The notes beneath the pieces are model-generated. The model was not told where the DNA came from, made no database searches, and was given only the letters and a program-made list of their open reading frames with translations. Source: an uncultured delta proteobacterium (lineage in GTDB: Bacteria; Myxococcota_A; Polyangia; Polyangiales; Polyangiaceae). Taken from it: 64,000 bases of DNA. Position numbers and translations under genes: made by a program. This document shows positions 20,265-31,958 of the stretch, piece by piece (position 1 is the first letter of the stretch; each line of letters starts with the position of its first letter). The stretch spans positions 192,001-256,000 of the forward strand of contig CAVQUB010000032.1 in the NCBI GenBank assembly GCA_963716725.1. The letters are read 5' to 3'.

Positions 20265-21194
20265 TCAGCCGTCCTGGTTGATGAGCTCGATCAGCTCGTC
20301 GAGGACCGCCGCCGCCTTGTCGTTTTCGACCTGACAGGTGCCGGCTGCGACGTGCCCGCCGCCGCCGAAGGTCAGCATCAGCTCGCCGATGTCGGTGCGC
20401 GAGCTGCGGTCGAGGATCGACTTTCCGACGGCGAACACGGTGTTCTGCTTCTGCTTGCCCCAGAGCACGTGGATCGAGATGTTCGTCTTGGGATAGAGCG
20501 CGTAGATCATGAAGCGATTGCCGGCGTAGATTGGGTCTTCGTCCCGCAAGTCGAGGACCACCAAGTTGTCGTGCACCGTCGAGCAGCGGCGAAGCTGCTC
20601 GGTGAACTTTGCCTCGTGCTCTCGGTACAGGTCAACGCGCTCCTTGACGTCGGGGAGCTCGAGGATCTCGGCGATGGTGCGCTGCCGGCAGGCCTCGATC
20701 AGCTCCATCATCAGCTGGTAGTTCGAGATGCGGAAGTCGCGGAAGCGGCCGAGACCGGTGCGTGCGTCCATCAAGAAATTGAGCAGGGCCCAACCCTCGG
20801 GGTGCAGGACTTCTTGCTCGCTGTACTGCGCCGAGTCGCCCTGGTCGACCGCCGCCATGATGTCGTCGGCGACCTGGGGCAGCTTGGCCTTCCCGCCGAA
20901 GTGGTCGTAGACCACCCGCGCTGCGGACGCCGCCTTCGGATCACAGATGTGATTGTCCCGCTTGCCGACTCGGAGGATCTCACTGTGGTGGTGATCGAAG
21001 GACAAGTACACGCCCTCGACGTAAGGCAGGTTGGTCGAGATGTCGCGAGCGGTCACCTCGACCTTGCCGTCCTGCATGTCCTTGGGGTGGACGAACAAGA
21101 TGTCGTCGATCATGTCGAGCTCGCGCAGCAGGACGGCGCAGACCAGGCCGTCGAAATCGCTGCGGGTGACCAGGCGGTACTTCTCGGTGCTCAT
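20265..21194 (-). CDS. DHH-family phosphoesterase (nanoRNase/pAp phosphatase-like)
   Basis: TRSDFDG, FDHH, C-terminal GGGGHVAAG. Confidence 0.88.
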   Translation of the reverse strand: MSTEKYRLVTRSDFDGLVCAVLLRELDMIDDILFVHPKDMQDGKVEVTARDISTNLPYVEGVYLSFDHHHSEILRVGKRDNHICDPKAASAARVVYDHFGGKAKLPQVADDIMAAVDQGDSAQYSEQEVLHPEGWALLNFLMDARTGLGRFRDFRISNYQLMMELIEACRQRTIAEILELPDVKERVDLYREHEAKFTEQLRRCSTVHDNLVVLDLRDEDPIYAGNRFMIYALYPKTNISIHVLWGKQKQNTVFAVGKSILDRSSRTDIGELMLTFGGGGHVAAGTCQVENDKAAAVLDELIELINQDG

Positions 21195-21269
21195 GCCTCG
21201 CTTCTGGCACGCCGGGCCTCGGGCGAAAATGGGCAAACGCTGCCGTGCGCAGTCCCGCCGCGAGTGTGG

Positions 21270-22460
21270 CTACTTGCCCATCTTCATGACCGCTGTGTCC
21301 AGCGGACCGTTACCGGTCGAGCCCGCGTTCACCCAGTAGACGGAGGAGGCGTCCAGCGCGATGTCGAGCGGCCGCGGCTGGGCAGTTGCCAGCGTCGCTA
21401 TCTTGCCGGACACCAGGTTCAGTCGCCCGATAGAGCCATCGGCGAACTCCATCTCCTTCGTCCCGGCGCTGGCGAAGTACAGATGGGTGTCGTCGACTGC
21501 CAGCGCGGTCACGTTGATCAGGACGGTCGAGGAGAGCTCCTGCGGCGCAGCCGACGCCTTCAAGCTGCGGTAGAGCTTGCTCGTGATTGGGGACGTCCCG
21601 TTGCTGGTGGCAAAGTAGACGTGAGTCGAAGACAGGGCGAGTCCCCAGGTCTGCATGGTGGCTGCGGTCCAGGGGGCGGCGACCGTCGCCCCCGAACTGA
21701 GCGGCACCTTCGGCAGACGGTAGACCCCGCCGCCGTCGTAGTCGGTGGTCCACACATAGTCTTCATCTACGAGCATGTCTGCCGGGCAGGGCACCGCCAT
21801 ACCGATCTCCGTGGGGGTCACCTGCTTCGGGGCCATCTTCAGGACGGACTTCATCACGCAATCGTCGAAGAACAGCTCTGTCCCATCGGTGACCACCCAA
21901 TACGGGCCGCTCGGGGACACGTCGAAGGTCTTGAAGTTGAACTGATCGAAAGGCCCATGAACGATCTTCATGCCTTCGCTGTCCGCTCCGTAGACCTCTG
22001 CTCCGATGACCGCTAGGCCCTGCGGCGTGCCGGACATGTCTTGCACCGGGATCGCAGAACCGCCGGTCTTCAGCACGCTCCCGATGAATTTCCCCTTGTT
22101 GCTCGAGAAGATCACGCGGTCGGTCGAGAGCGCGAGTCGAGTGATCTGCTGCGTCACCTTGGGCTGCTTGGACGCGTCGACGAGCGCCACCGGCGGGCCA
22201 CCCGCGGAGCCTCCAGCCCCGGAGGAGCCTCCCGTGCTTCCGGTTCCGCCCCCACCGCTCGCGCCTCCTCCACCACTCGCGCCACCGCTCGCCGCGCCTC
22301 CTCCACCGCTCGCGCCTCCTCCACCGCTCGCGCCTCCGCTCGCCGCGCCGCCGGTGCCGGCGGGAATCGTCGAGGTACTCGAGCACCCAGCCAGCAGAGC
22401 AGAGCAGATCAATCCTACGCAGATCGACGGCGCGCGGGCAGCGCTGTGGAGCGGCTTCAT
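21270..22460 (-). CDS. Lipoprotein with Gly-rich linker and beta-propeller
   Basis: LLAGC lipobox; repeats LAVDDTHLYF, IALDASSVYW; ATG at 22460 (the longer listed ORF is a shadow extension). Confidence 0.75.
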   Translation of the reverse strand: MKPLHSAARAPSICVGLICSALLAGCSSTSTIPAGTGGAASGGASGGGGASGGGGAASGGASGGGGASGGGGTGSTGGSSGAGGSAGGPPVALVDASKQPKVTQQITRLALSTDRVIFSSNKGKFIGSVLKTGGSAIPVQDMSGTPQGLAVIGAEVYGADSEGMKIVHGPFDQFNFKTFDVSPSGPYWVVTDGTELFFDDCVMKSVLKMAPKQVTPTEIGMAVPCPADMLVDEDYVWTTDYDGGGVYRLPKVPLSSGATVAAPWTAATMQTWGLALSSTHVYFATSNGTSPITSKLYRSLKASAAPQELSSTVLINVTALAVDDTHLYFASAGTKEMEFADGSIGRLNLVSGKIATLATAQPRPLDIALDASSVYWVNAGSTGNGPLDTAVMKMGK

Positions 22461-22531
22461 TGCCGAGTATCGTTCCAGGAAACGGGCTCTCGGTCCAGGC
22501 GGGCAGCGGAAGGTCGGCCGCGCGGGCCCGC

Positions 22532-23725
22532 TCAGCTGACCTTCACCACCAACGCCATGGCGGTATCGCCCGCGGCGCAGCCGCTGAACAGGCCGTAGCC
22601 GCCGCCCGCGGCGACCAGCTCCTCGATCAGCTCGATGGAGAGGCGCATGCCGGTCGGGCCTTGGGGGTGTCCGTAGACCAAGGGCGATCCGAAGTTGTTG
22701 ATCGATTTCAGATCGAGGCCGAACTCTTTGCAGAAGTAGAGATCGTTCACCGCAAACGGGTTGTGCGTCTTGATGGCCTTCAGGTCGCCGATGGCGATGC
22801 CCGCCTTGGCCAGCACGGCGCGAGCGGCCGGCACGACGGCCTTGGGCATGAATCCCTTCTCGACGCGAGCCTCCGCGGCGGCGACGACGCGCACGCGCAC
22901 TTCGGGCTTGGCGGACAGCTCGCGGGCGCGGCCTTCGCTCGTGATCACCAGGCCGGCGTTGCCGTCGGCCGGATGAGTCTGCGATCCGAAGCTGACGCTG
23001 CCGCCCGGCACCACCGGCGCCAGCTTGGCGAGGCCTTCCTGGGTGGTCGGATGGATGCCCTCGTCGGCTTCGACTTTGCCGATCTCCTTCTTGCCGCGCC
23101 GAAGCGTGATCGGCGCCATGTAGCGCCTCTGAAAGGCGCGATCGTCGGCCAGGGCGGCCTGGTACTGCTGGTAGCGAAGCAGCGCGACCTCGTCTTGCTG
23201 CTCTTTGGTGAAGCCGGCTTCCTTGGCCACGTTCTCGGCGGTCTCGATCATGGCGTTCTTCGCCCACGGGTCGCGGTTGAAGGCGTCGAGCACCGCGTTC
23301 TCGGAGGCGCCCGTCCCGCCCGGGGCGGTGGGATCCGGGTAGTAGAGGTGGGGCCCGTTGCTGGTGCGATCGCAGGCCACGGCCAGCACTGCCGCGGCGT
23401 CGCCCAGCTCGACCGCGGCGGCCGCGGAGGCGATGACCCGCGCGCTGGTGGCGCAGGCTTGAGCGAAGGTCGGGCCCGTGGCGTGGCTCGCGCCGATCAG
23501 CGCCGCGAGCCAGGGCGCGCCGTAGAACGACGAGCGTTGGATCACGGTCATGCCGAGCATCACCGAGTCGAAGGCTTTGGCGTCGACCTTCTTGGCCGCG
23601 AGCACTTCGCCGGCGACCTGCGCGGCAAGCTCGAGGGAGTGCGCGTTGGCGAGGGCGCCCTGCCAGCGGCAGAACGGGGTGGACCAATACAGGCCGTAGG
23701 GGATGAAGGTCTTTTCGAAGGGCAT
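22532..23725 (-). CDS. Thiolase (acetyl-CoA C-acyltransferase)
   Basis: QACATS catalytic Cys, HPADGNAG, HNPF, GHPQGPTG, GCAAG. Confidence 0.9.
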   Translation of the reverse strand: MPFEKTFIPYGLYWSTPFCRWQGALANAHSLELAAQVAGEVLAAKKVDAKAFDSVMLGMTVIQRSSFYGAPWLAALIGASHATGPTFAQACATSARVIASAAAAVELGDAAAVLAVACDRTSNGPHLYYPDPTAPGGTGASENAVLDAFNRDPWAKNAMIETAENVAKEAGFTKEQQDEVALLRYQQYQAALADDRAFQRRYMAPITLRRGKKEIGKVEADEGIHPTTQEGLAKLAPVVPGGSVSFGSQTHPADGNAGLVITSEGRARELSAKPEVRVRVVAAAEARVEKGFMPKAVVPAARAVLAKAGIAIGDLKAIKTHNPFAVNDLYFCKEFGLDLKSINNFGSPLVYGHPQGPTGMRLSIELIEELVAAGGGYGLFSGCAAGDTAMALVVKVS

Positions 23726-23727
23726 GG

Positions 23728-26146
23728 TCAGGCCTTTGTCTTCGCTTTCTCTTTCAACGCCATCACGATCTTCTCGGGCGTGATGGGCAGATCGCGGATG
23801 CGGACGCCGATGGCGTCGTAGATGGCGTTGGCGATCGCCGGCGCCGTCGGCACGAGGCCAGGCTCACCGACGCCCTTGGCACCGAAGGGACCCGCCGGGT
23901 CGTCGGTCTCGACGAAGACGAGGTCGATCGGGAACGCCATCTCGTGCGCCGTGGGGATCTTGTAGTCGGTGAAGCTCGGGTTCAGGATCGCGCCCTTCGT
24001 GCGTCTTCACCTCCTCGTAGAGCGCGTAGCCGATGCCCTGGGCGAGCCCGCCCTGTACCTGTCCCAGGAGCGTCTGCTGGTTCAGCACGCGGCCCGACGT
24101 CGTGGGCCGAGACCGCCTTCAGGATCTTCACGTCGCCGGTCTCGTCGTCGACCTCGACCTCGACGCCCTGCACGCCGTAGGCGTAGGTCGCGCACATGTT
24201 GCCGACGCCCTTGGCCCAGTCGGGCAGCGCGCTCGGCGGCTCGTAGAACGCCTCTTCGATGATCATCTGCCCGGCCGCCGCGGAAGTGCAGCGCGCGCAG
24301 CAGCCTGCCGAGCTCGATGCGGAGCCACGGCTCGTCGGGGGCGTCCTTCGGGAACAAGAACGCCAGCCTGGAGCTCGAGGTTGTCGGCTCGGGCTGCGGC
24401 GGCAAAGTCGAAGGCCGGCGGCTGATACGACGGGTCCTTCTTCTGGTGCGCAGCGAGGCTCTTCGTCGGCCTCGGCGGCGAAGACTCCTCGGCGCCAGCG
24501 CGAAGATCTTCTTGCGCGCCTTGTCGGCGGCGCGGATGGCGGCGTTGCAGCGCCATGAAGGCGCCGCGGCTGGCGTGGGTGCCCACGTCCCAGGGGCAGG
24601 TCGCGGTGTCGGTCGGGTTGATGATGACCTTGTCGGGCAGCACGCCGAGCGCCTCGGCCACCGCCGAGGGTCAGCGCCGAGTGCAGGCCCTGGCCCATCT
24701 CGACGCCGCCGTAGGAGACGTTGACGTTGCCGAAGTCGTCGAGCTTCAGGATGACGCCGCCGCCGTCGGAGCGGTAGATGCGACCCGAGCCGCCGACGTG
24801 GATCAGCGAGGCCACGCCGACGCCGCGGCGCTTGCTCGCGCTGCTTGCCGCGCTTCTCGGTCCAGTCGAGGCTCTTCTCGGCGAACTCGAGGCACTCGCC
24901 CAGGCCGCAGGTGGTGATCTCGAGCCCCATCGGCGTCGTCTCGCCGGGCTGCGTTGCAGTTGAGCAGCCGCAGCTCGAGCGGGTCGATGCCGGCCTCCTC
25001 CGCCAGCTCGTCGAGGTGCTCTCGATGGCCCAGGTCACCTCGGGGTTGCCGTAGCCGCGCATGGCCTGGCAGTAGGTGTTGTTGGTGTAGACCAGCTGCG
25101 CGTCGAAGCAGACGTTCGGCACCCGGTAGAGCGAGGTGGCCGGGATCAGCATCACGGTCGGGTAGGTCGCGCCCCACGAGGTGTAGGCGCCGTTGTCCTG
25201 CAGCACCTCGACGCGGCGGAAGGTGAGCCGCCCGCTCGGCGTCGCAGCCCTGCACGATGCGGGTCCTCGCGCACTGGCGCGGCGAGAGGTAGGCGAACTC
25301 CTCGCTCGCGGTCGTAGAGGATCTTCACCGGGCGGCCGGTGCGGTGCGCGAGCAGGATGGCGATGTACTCGTAGGCGTGGGTGTCGAGCCCGGTGCCGAA
25401 GCCGCCGCCCAGCGTCGGCACGATCACCCGGGCGTTGCGGCCGCCGAGGCCCATGGCCTCGAGCGCGCGCATGAAGTCCGCTGGGCCAGGAACGGGATCT
25501 GCGTCTTGGCCCAGATGGTCAGGTTGCCGCGCATGTCGAACTCGGCGATGCAGCCCGCGGTGCCCATGCAGGTCTGCTGGATGAGCGGCGTCGAGAACTG
25601 CCCCTCGACGACGTACTTGCGAGGCGCGCTCGCCCCGCGTCGAGGTCGCCCGACTCGTGGTGGACCCGCACGCGGCAGCAGGTTCGTGCTGAGCGGGCCG
25701 GCCGCGCGGCGTCGCGCTCGTGCACCAGCGGCGCGCCCTCCGCCAGGGCCTCCTCGGGGGTGAAGACCGCCGGCAGCGGCTCGTACTCGACGCGGATCAG
25801 CTCGACGGCCTCGGCGGCGATGTCCGGATCGATGGCGGCGACCGCGGCGACCTCGTCGCGGAACTGCCGCACCTTGTCCCTTCTTCAGCGCGAAGTTGTC
25901 GCGCAGGAAGCCGATGCGCATCTCCGGCGTGTTGTAGGCGGTGATGACCGCGCGCACGCCCGGCAGGCGCTCGGCCCGGGAGGTGTCGATGTGCTTGATG
26001 CGCGCGTGGGCGTGCTCGCTGAACTTGATCTTGCCGTAGAGCATGCCCGGCCGGCTGAGGTCGTGGATGTAGAGCGCCCGCCCCGCGGCCTTGTCGGCGG
26101 CGTCGGGGCGCGGCGCGTCGTTGCCGATGTAGCGGAACTCACTCAT
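23728..26146 (-). CDS. Xanthine dehydrogenase-family molybdopterin-binding subunit (many frameshifts)
   Basis: Fragments in order: [62 protein letters not shown]. Confidence 0.88.
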
Positions 26147-26635
26147 GGTCGGCTCCCTTCTTGGCGCGCCGCGTCGAGGCGGCGTGCTGCACCGAGTCGA
26201 CGATCTGCACGTAGCCCGTGCAGCGGCAGAGGTTGCCGATCAGCGCGTCGCGGATCTCGTCGTCCGTGGGGCTCGGGTTCCGCTCGAGCAGCGCGTGGGC
26301 GCTCATGACCATGCCGGGCGTGCAGAAGCCGCACTGGACTGCCGCCCTTGTCGACGAAGGCCTGCTGCAGCGGCGAGAGCTCGCCGCCGGGTCCGACCAG
26401 GCCCTCGATGGTGGTGACCTTGCGGCCCTCGACCTCGAGGGCGGGAAACAGGCAGGAGATGACCGGGCGGCCGTCGACCAGCACCGTGCAGGCGCCGCAC
26501 TCGCCGTCGCCGCAGCCTTCCTTGGTGCCGGTCAGGCCCAGCGGGCCGCGCAGCACGTCGATCAGCCGCGCGGTGGGGCTCGACCGACAGGCGAGCGGGC
26601 TCGCCGTTGACCTCGAACGAGAGAGTGACGCTCAT
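26143..26635 (-). CDS. XDH-family 2x[2Fe-2S] subunit (CoxS-like), frameshifted
   Basis: [36 protein letters not shown] overlap with Mo subunit. Confidence 0.9.
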
Positions 26636-27500
26636 GAGTCTCGCTCCAGTCATCAGCGTGCGGATGGCCCGCTCGACGCAGCGCGCCCGGCCAGGTGTCG
26701 CCGATAGTCGGCGCCCGCGCGCACGTCGCTGATCGGGCGAACGTCGCGCTCGGCGGCCTCGCGCGCTCGCGCAATGGTCGCGTCGTCGAGCGTGTTGCCC
26801 GTCGAGGAGCGGTCTCGGTCTCGCGTGAGGCGCATGGGGCAGGGGCCGACCGAGCCGGCGGCGACCCGCGCCTCGGTGCAGCTGCTGCCCGTCGATCTCG
26901 AGCAGAACGGCGACGCTGGCGAGCGCGATGTCCATGCGCACGCGGCCCTTCTTCAGGAAGATCGCGCGCGCGTCTTCGGCGCGGGAGGATCGACGACCAC
27001 GGCCGAGAGCATCTCGCCGGGCGCGAGCACGCTGGCGCGCGGACCGACGAAGAAACTCGTCGAGCGGAAGCTCGCGCGTGCCCTCCGGAGCGACGATTCG
27101 CACGCGCGCCTCGTGCACCAGGAGCGGCGGGGCGAGGTCGGCGCAGGGCGAGGCGTTGCAGAGGTTGCCGCCGACGGTGGCGACGTTGCGGATCTGCACG
27201 CTGCCGAGCGTGGCAGCGGCCGCACCAGGACCGGCAGCGACTCGACCGATGCCCGAGTGAGCCTGCGAGCGTCGGCGACCGCGAGCGCCGGCGCCGATGC
27301 ACGATGGTCGGCCCCATGGCTCGACGCGCGCCAGCTCCGGGATTCGGCGCGAGCGAGATCAGAGCGCTCGGAGCGATCTTGCCCTCGCGGATCCGCACCA
27401 TGACGTCGGTGCCGCCCGCGACGAAGCGCGCTTCGGGATCCGCGGCCGCGAGCTGCCGGGCTTCTTCGAGGGTCGAGGGCCGGTGATACGAGAAAGGCAT
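26632..27500 (-). CDS. XDH-family FAD-binding subunit (CoxM-like), frameshifted
   Basis: YHRPSTLEEA, VAGGTD, QIRNVATVGGNLCNASPCAD, PISDVRAGADYR. Confidence 0.9.
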
Positions 27501-27548
27501 GGCGGGACTCACATCACGAGTTTGGGGTCTGGGTCGGGTTTCCGCATC

Positions 27549-28785
27549 TCACGCGATCACTCCTCGCTCGCGCAAGCGACGGAAACCTCTGCGGACGAGT
27601 ACCGACTTCGTCCAGCACGCCGTCGGTGTGCTCGCCGTACGCGGGTGCGAAGGCAAGCTCGCCGGCGCTGCGCCTCGAGAAAGTCGGTGCGTCACCGCCG
27701 GCGGCGGCAGGCGGACGCTGCGACCGTCGGGGGTCGTGGTCGAGAGCAGGCAGCCCTGCACGAACGTCGCAGGTCCATCACCCCCTCGATGGGCGTGATG
27801 GGAGCGTGGGGGATCTGCGCGGCGCGCGAGCGCGCGCGGCGACCTCGCTCGGCGGGGTGCTTCGCGGTGAGCGGCGCCGATGGCGGCGTGCAGCGCGGTC
27901 TTGTCCGCGGCGCCGGCCCTCGTTGGTGGCGAGCGTCCGGTCGATCGAGTGCCGCGAACAGCGGCTCCTCGGCGACCAGCCGCTGCCACTGCACGTCGCT
28001 GCCGACGGCCATGTAGATGAAGCCGTCGCGCGGTCGGGTAGGCGTTGACCGGGATGAACTGCCGGTGCTCGTTGCCCGAGCGCTGCAGCTCCTCCGGCGG
28101 GCTGCCCATGTCGAGCATGGGCAGGAAGGTGTGCAGCCAGCGAGCGGCGACCTGCGCCATCGAGACGTCGATGCGCTTGCCCGCTGCCGGTCTCGGCGCG
28201 CTCGAGCAGCGCGAGCAGCACCTGCGCGAAGGCCTCGTCGCCGGCCTTCAGGTCGATGAGGGGCGGGCCGCACTGCATCGGCGGCCCGTCGGCGGTCGCC
28301 GGTGAGGTCCATGTAGCCGCACAGCGCCTGGAGCACCGGGTCGTAGCCGGGCACGTTCGGGATGCGCGAGCCCCATGGCCGAGATGCAGCACCAGATCAG
28401 CTCGGTCGCGCGCGCGCGCAGCGTCTCGTAGTCGATGCCCAGGGCCGCGTGGCGCGCGGGCATGGTGTTGGTGCAGAACACGTCGACGTCGAAGCTCGCG
28501 GATCAGGCGGCGCGAGCAGCGCCGCCCGTCGGCGCTCCTTCAGGTTCGAGCGCGATGGCCTCCTTGCCGACGTTGGGCGCGACGAAGTAGCTGTGCCGAT
28601 CCTCGCCGGCGACCGGGCGGCCGATGTAGCGGTTCGGATCGCCCTCGGGTCTGCGGCTCCGGCGTGGGCGTCGGCTCGACGCGGATCACGCGCCAGCCCA
28701 GGTGCACGAAGCGCAGCGTCGCGTACGACATGCTGAGCGCCTGCTCGACGCTCAGGACGACGGGCGACGCGCGCTCGTCCGCCAC
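27549..28785 (-). CDS. Family III CoA-transferase (CaiB/BaiF-like), frameshifted
   Basis: [45 protein letters not shown]...PVNAYPT. Confidence 0.82.
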
Positions 28786-30409
28786 TCAGAACCTCACCGG
28801 CTCCCGGTAGGTCCCGAACACCTGCCTTGAGCGCGCCGCAGACCTCGCCGACCGTGGCGTAGGCCTCCACGGCGTCGATGACCGCGGGCATCACGTTCTG
28901 CGCCGCCCGCGGCGGCCGCGCGCACGCGCCTCGAGGGTCGCGCTCGACGCGCGGCCGCGTCGCGCTCGGCGCGCACCTGCGCCGAGGCGCGCGATCTGCT
29001 TGCTCGGCCTCCTCCTCGCGGTAGGGGTGGAACTCGACCTCGCGGCTCCTCCTCCTCCTCGACGAAGCAGTTGACGCCGACCTTCTTGACCTCGCCGCGC
29101 TGCGACGCGCCGCTCGCGCTCGTAGGCCTGGCGGTTCACCTCGGCCTGCACGCGGCCCTCGGCGACGGCCTGCACGATGCCGCCCTCGCGCGTCGAGCTC
29201 GCTCCATGATCGCGACGATGCGCTGCTCCATCTCGTTGGTCGTGCGTCTCGACGAAGTAGGAGCCGGCCAGCGGGATCGACCGTGTCGCACAGCGCCGAT
29301 CTCGTGCATCAGGATCTGCATCGTGCGCAGCGAGAGCTGCGCCGCCTGCTCGCTGGGGATGGTGTAGGCCTCGTCGTAGGAGCAGAGCGCCATCGTCTGC
29401 GTGCCGCGACGAGCGCGCTGGCCAGGGCGTAGTAGGCGCCGCGCACGATGTTGTTCTCGGGCTGCTCGATGGTGAGGCCGCCGCCGCCGCCGCCGGCGAT
29501 CATGCGCAGCTGCATCGAGCGCGGGTTCTTCGCGCCGTAGCTGCTCCTTGAGGATCTGCGCCCACAGCCGGCGCCCGGCGCGGAACTTCGCGACCTGCTC
29601 CCAGAGGTTGCCGTGGATGTCGAAGTTGAAGGAGAGCCCGCGCGCGAACGTCGTCGACGTCGAGCCCGCGCGCGAGCACGTGGTCGATGTAGGCGCAGGC
29701 GATGGCGAGGCCGTAGGCCATCTCCTGGGCCGGCGTCGCCCCGCGACTCGCGGATGTGGTAGCCGCAGACGCTGACCGGGCTGTACTTCGGCGACGTTCG
29801 CGCGCGCAGAACTCGATGGTGTCGCCGACCAGGCGCACGCGACGGCTCGACCGGGAAGATCCAGGTGCCGCGGCCGACGAACTCCTTGAGGATGTCGTTC
29901 TGGGCCGTGCCGCGCAGCGTCGCGAGGTCGAAGCCGCGCTTTCGCGCCATCGCGAAGTACATGGCCATGATCGGCGACGGCCGCGCCGTTGATCGTGAGC
30001 GAGACGGTGATCTCGTTGAGGTCGATGCCGTCGAAGGCCTCCTCCATGTCGGCGAGCGTGTCGACCGCCATGCCGACGCGCCCGACCTCGCCCTCGGCCA
30101 TGGGATCGTCGGAGTCGAGGCCGCACTGGGTCGGCAGGTCGAAGGCGACGTTGAGCCCGGTCTGGCCGTGCTCGATCAGGTAGAGGAAGCGCTCGTGGGT
30201 CTCGGCGGCCGTGCCGAAGCCCGAGTACTGGCGCATGGTCCAGGGGCGCTTGCGGTACATGAGCGGGTGGATGCCGCGGGTGAAGGGGTACTCGCCCGGC
30301 TCGCCGATCGCCTCGCGCCGCCGCTCGCTCCACGTCCTCCGGGCCGTAGACCGGCTCGACCTCGATGCCCGACTTCCCAGATCGACCGGGGGTCGCTCGT
30401 CGTGCTCAC
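28786..30409 (-). CDS. Adenosylcobalamin-dependent acyl-CoA mutase, large (substrate-binding) subunit, frameshifted
   Basis: [59 protein letters not shown]. Confidence 0.9.
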
Positions 30410-30818
30410 CGCTCCACGCGCTCCCGCGAACGCAGCTCGACGATCTCGTCGAGCCGGCGTGCCGGTCGGGAAGACGCCGCCGCGACGCCGAGCTCCTGCA
30501 AGCGCGGCGCGGTCGCGCGTCGGGATGTTGCCGCCCACGACCAGCAGCGCGTCGTCGACGCCGGCGCCGCGCAGCGCCTGCCACCACCTTCTGCGCGAGC
30601 GGCAGGTGCGCGCCCGAGAGGATCGAGAGCCCGACCACGTCGACGTCCTCCTCGCGCGCGGCCGCGCGCGATCGCCTCCGGCGACTGCCGCAGGCCCGTG
30701 TAGATGACCTCCATGCCCGCGTCCATCAGGGCGCGGCAGACGAGCTTGGCGCCGACGTCGTGGCCGTCGAGGCCGGGCTTGGCGATCAGGACGCGGATGG
30801 GCGGGTGCGTCCGGTCAT
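30406..30818 (-). CDS. Acyl-CoA mutase small (cobalamin-binding) subunit, frameshifted
   Basis: [11 protein letters not shown] (DxHxxG), [19 protein letters not shown]. Confidence 0.9.
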
Positions 30819-31955
30819 CGAGCCCCCTCGCGATGTTGACGCGCAGGATCTCGGAGGTGCCGCCGCCGATCAGCGTGAAGCGCACGTCGCGCAGGTAGCG
30901 CTCGACCGGGTACTCCGTCGCGAAGCCGTAGCTCGCCAGGACCCGCGCGGCGCGGTCGCAGACGCGGCAGCGCCGCCTCCGAGGCGAAGAGCTTGGCCAT
31001 GCTCGCCTCGCGTGTCGTTCGGGCAGCCCCTGCTCGCTGCGCCAGGCGGCCCAGTGCGGTCAGCCGGCGCGCGGCCTCGAGGTCCGTGCGCCATCTCGGC
31101 CAGGTGGGCCTGCACCGCCTGGAAGCGCGTCGATGGGCTTGCCGAACTGCTGCGCGCTCGCGCGGCGTAGGCGCAGGGCGTCCTCGTAGGCGGCGCGCGC
31201 CACGCCCAGCGCGAGCGCCGCGGTCATCGACGCGGATCTCGGCGAGGATCTCCCGCAGGTAGCTCGGTGCCCTCGCCGCGGCTCGCCGAGCAGTGCACGT
31301 GGCGGGCGACGTCGTCGAAGAGACCTCGCGAGGTGAGCGACGCGCGGACGCCCATCTTCTCGATGGCGCGGCCGACCTCGAGGCCCGTCGGCGCCCCGCT
31401 CGACCAGGAAGACGCTCGAGCGTCCTTCGTCGCCCGTGCGCGCGAAGACCGTGAAGAAGTCGGCGACCGGCGCCGAGGTGATCCAGGTCTTCGGCCCGTG
31501 ATGCAGCCAGCGCCCGTCCTGCTCCTCGGCGCGCGTGGCGATCGCGAAGCAGGTCGCTGCCCGCGTCCGGCTCGGTCATGCAGATCGTGCCGATCGCCTC
31601 GCCGCGCGAGCGCCGGGCGCGAGCAGCCGCTCGCGCACCTCGCCCGCGGCGAAGCGGTGCACGAAGTACGTGCCCATCAGCGACTGCATGGTGCAGGCGG
31701 CGGCGACCGACGAGGCTGCCCCAGGCCAGCTCCTCGACGGCGAGCAGGTAGCGAGAGCACGTCGGCGCCGCTGCCCTCGGGCTCCGGGTAGCGCATGCCG
31801 AAGAAGCCGAGCTCGCCGGCGCTTGCGCGAAGAGCTCGCGCGGGAACCGCGGGTTCTCGTCGAGCTCGCGCGCGCGCGGCCGGATCTCGCGCTCCGCGAA
31901 GTCGCGGAAGGTCGTCGCGGATCGCCTGCTGCTCGTCGGTCAGGGCGAAGTCCAT
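30815..31955 (-). CDS. Acyl-CoA dehydrogenase, frameshifted
   Basis: [42 protein letters not shown]. Confidence 0.88.
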
Positions 31956-31958
31956 CGC

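Noticed and set aside
20148..22016. Long opposite-strand or alternate-frame ORFs (also 42257-44650, 59005-60927 and the extension of 21270-23687)
   Set aside because: Shadow ORFs expected from high-GC codon bias; they overlap well-supported genes and lack recognisable motifs.
22250..22355. Short direct repeats (ccaccgctcgcgcctcct) as a CRISPR-like array
   Set aside because: In-frame codons for a GGASGG linker inside a lipoprotein; no unique spacers and no cas genes.
23728..27500. Mo enzyme as 4-hydroxybenzoyl-CoA reductase or aerobic CO dehydrogenase
   Set aside because: The FAD subunit is short (about 290 aa) with no Cys-rich [4Fe-4S] insert after GGNLC as in HcrB, and the Mo subunit has AMRGYG rather than the CoxL AYxCSFR motif.
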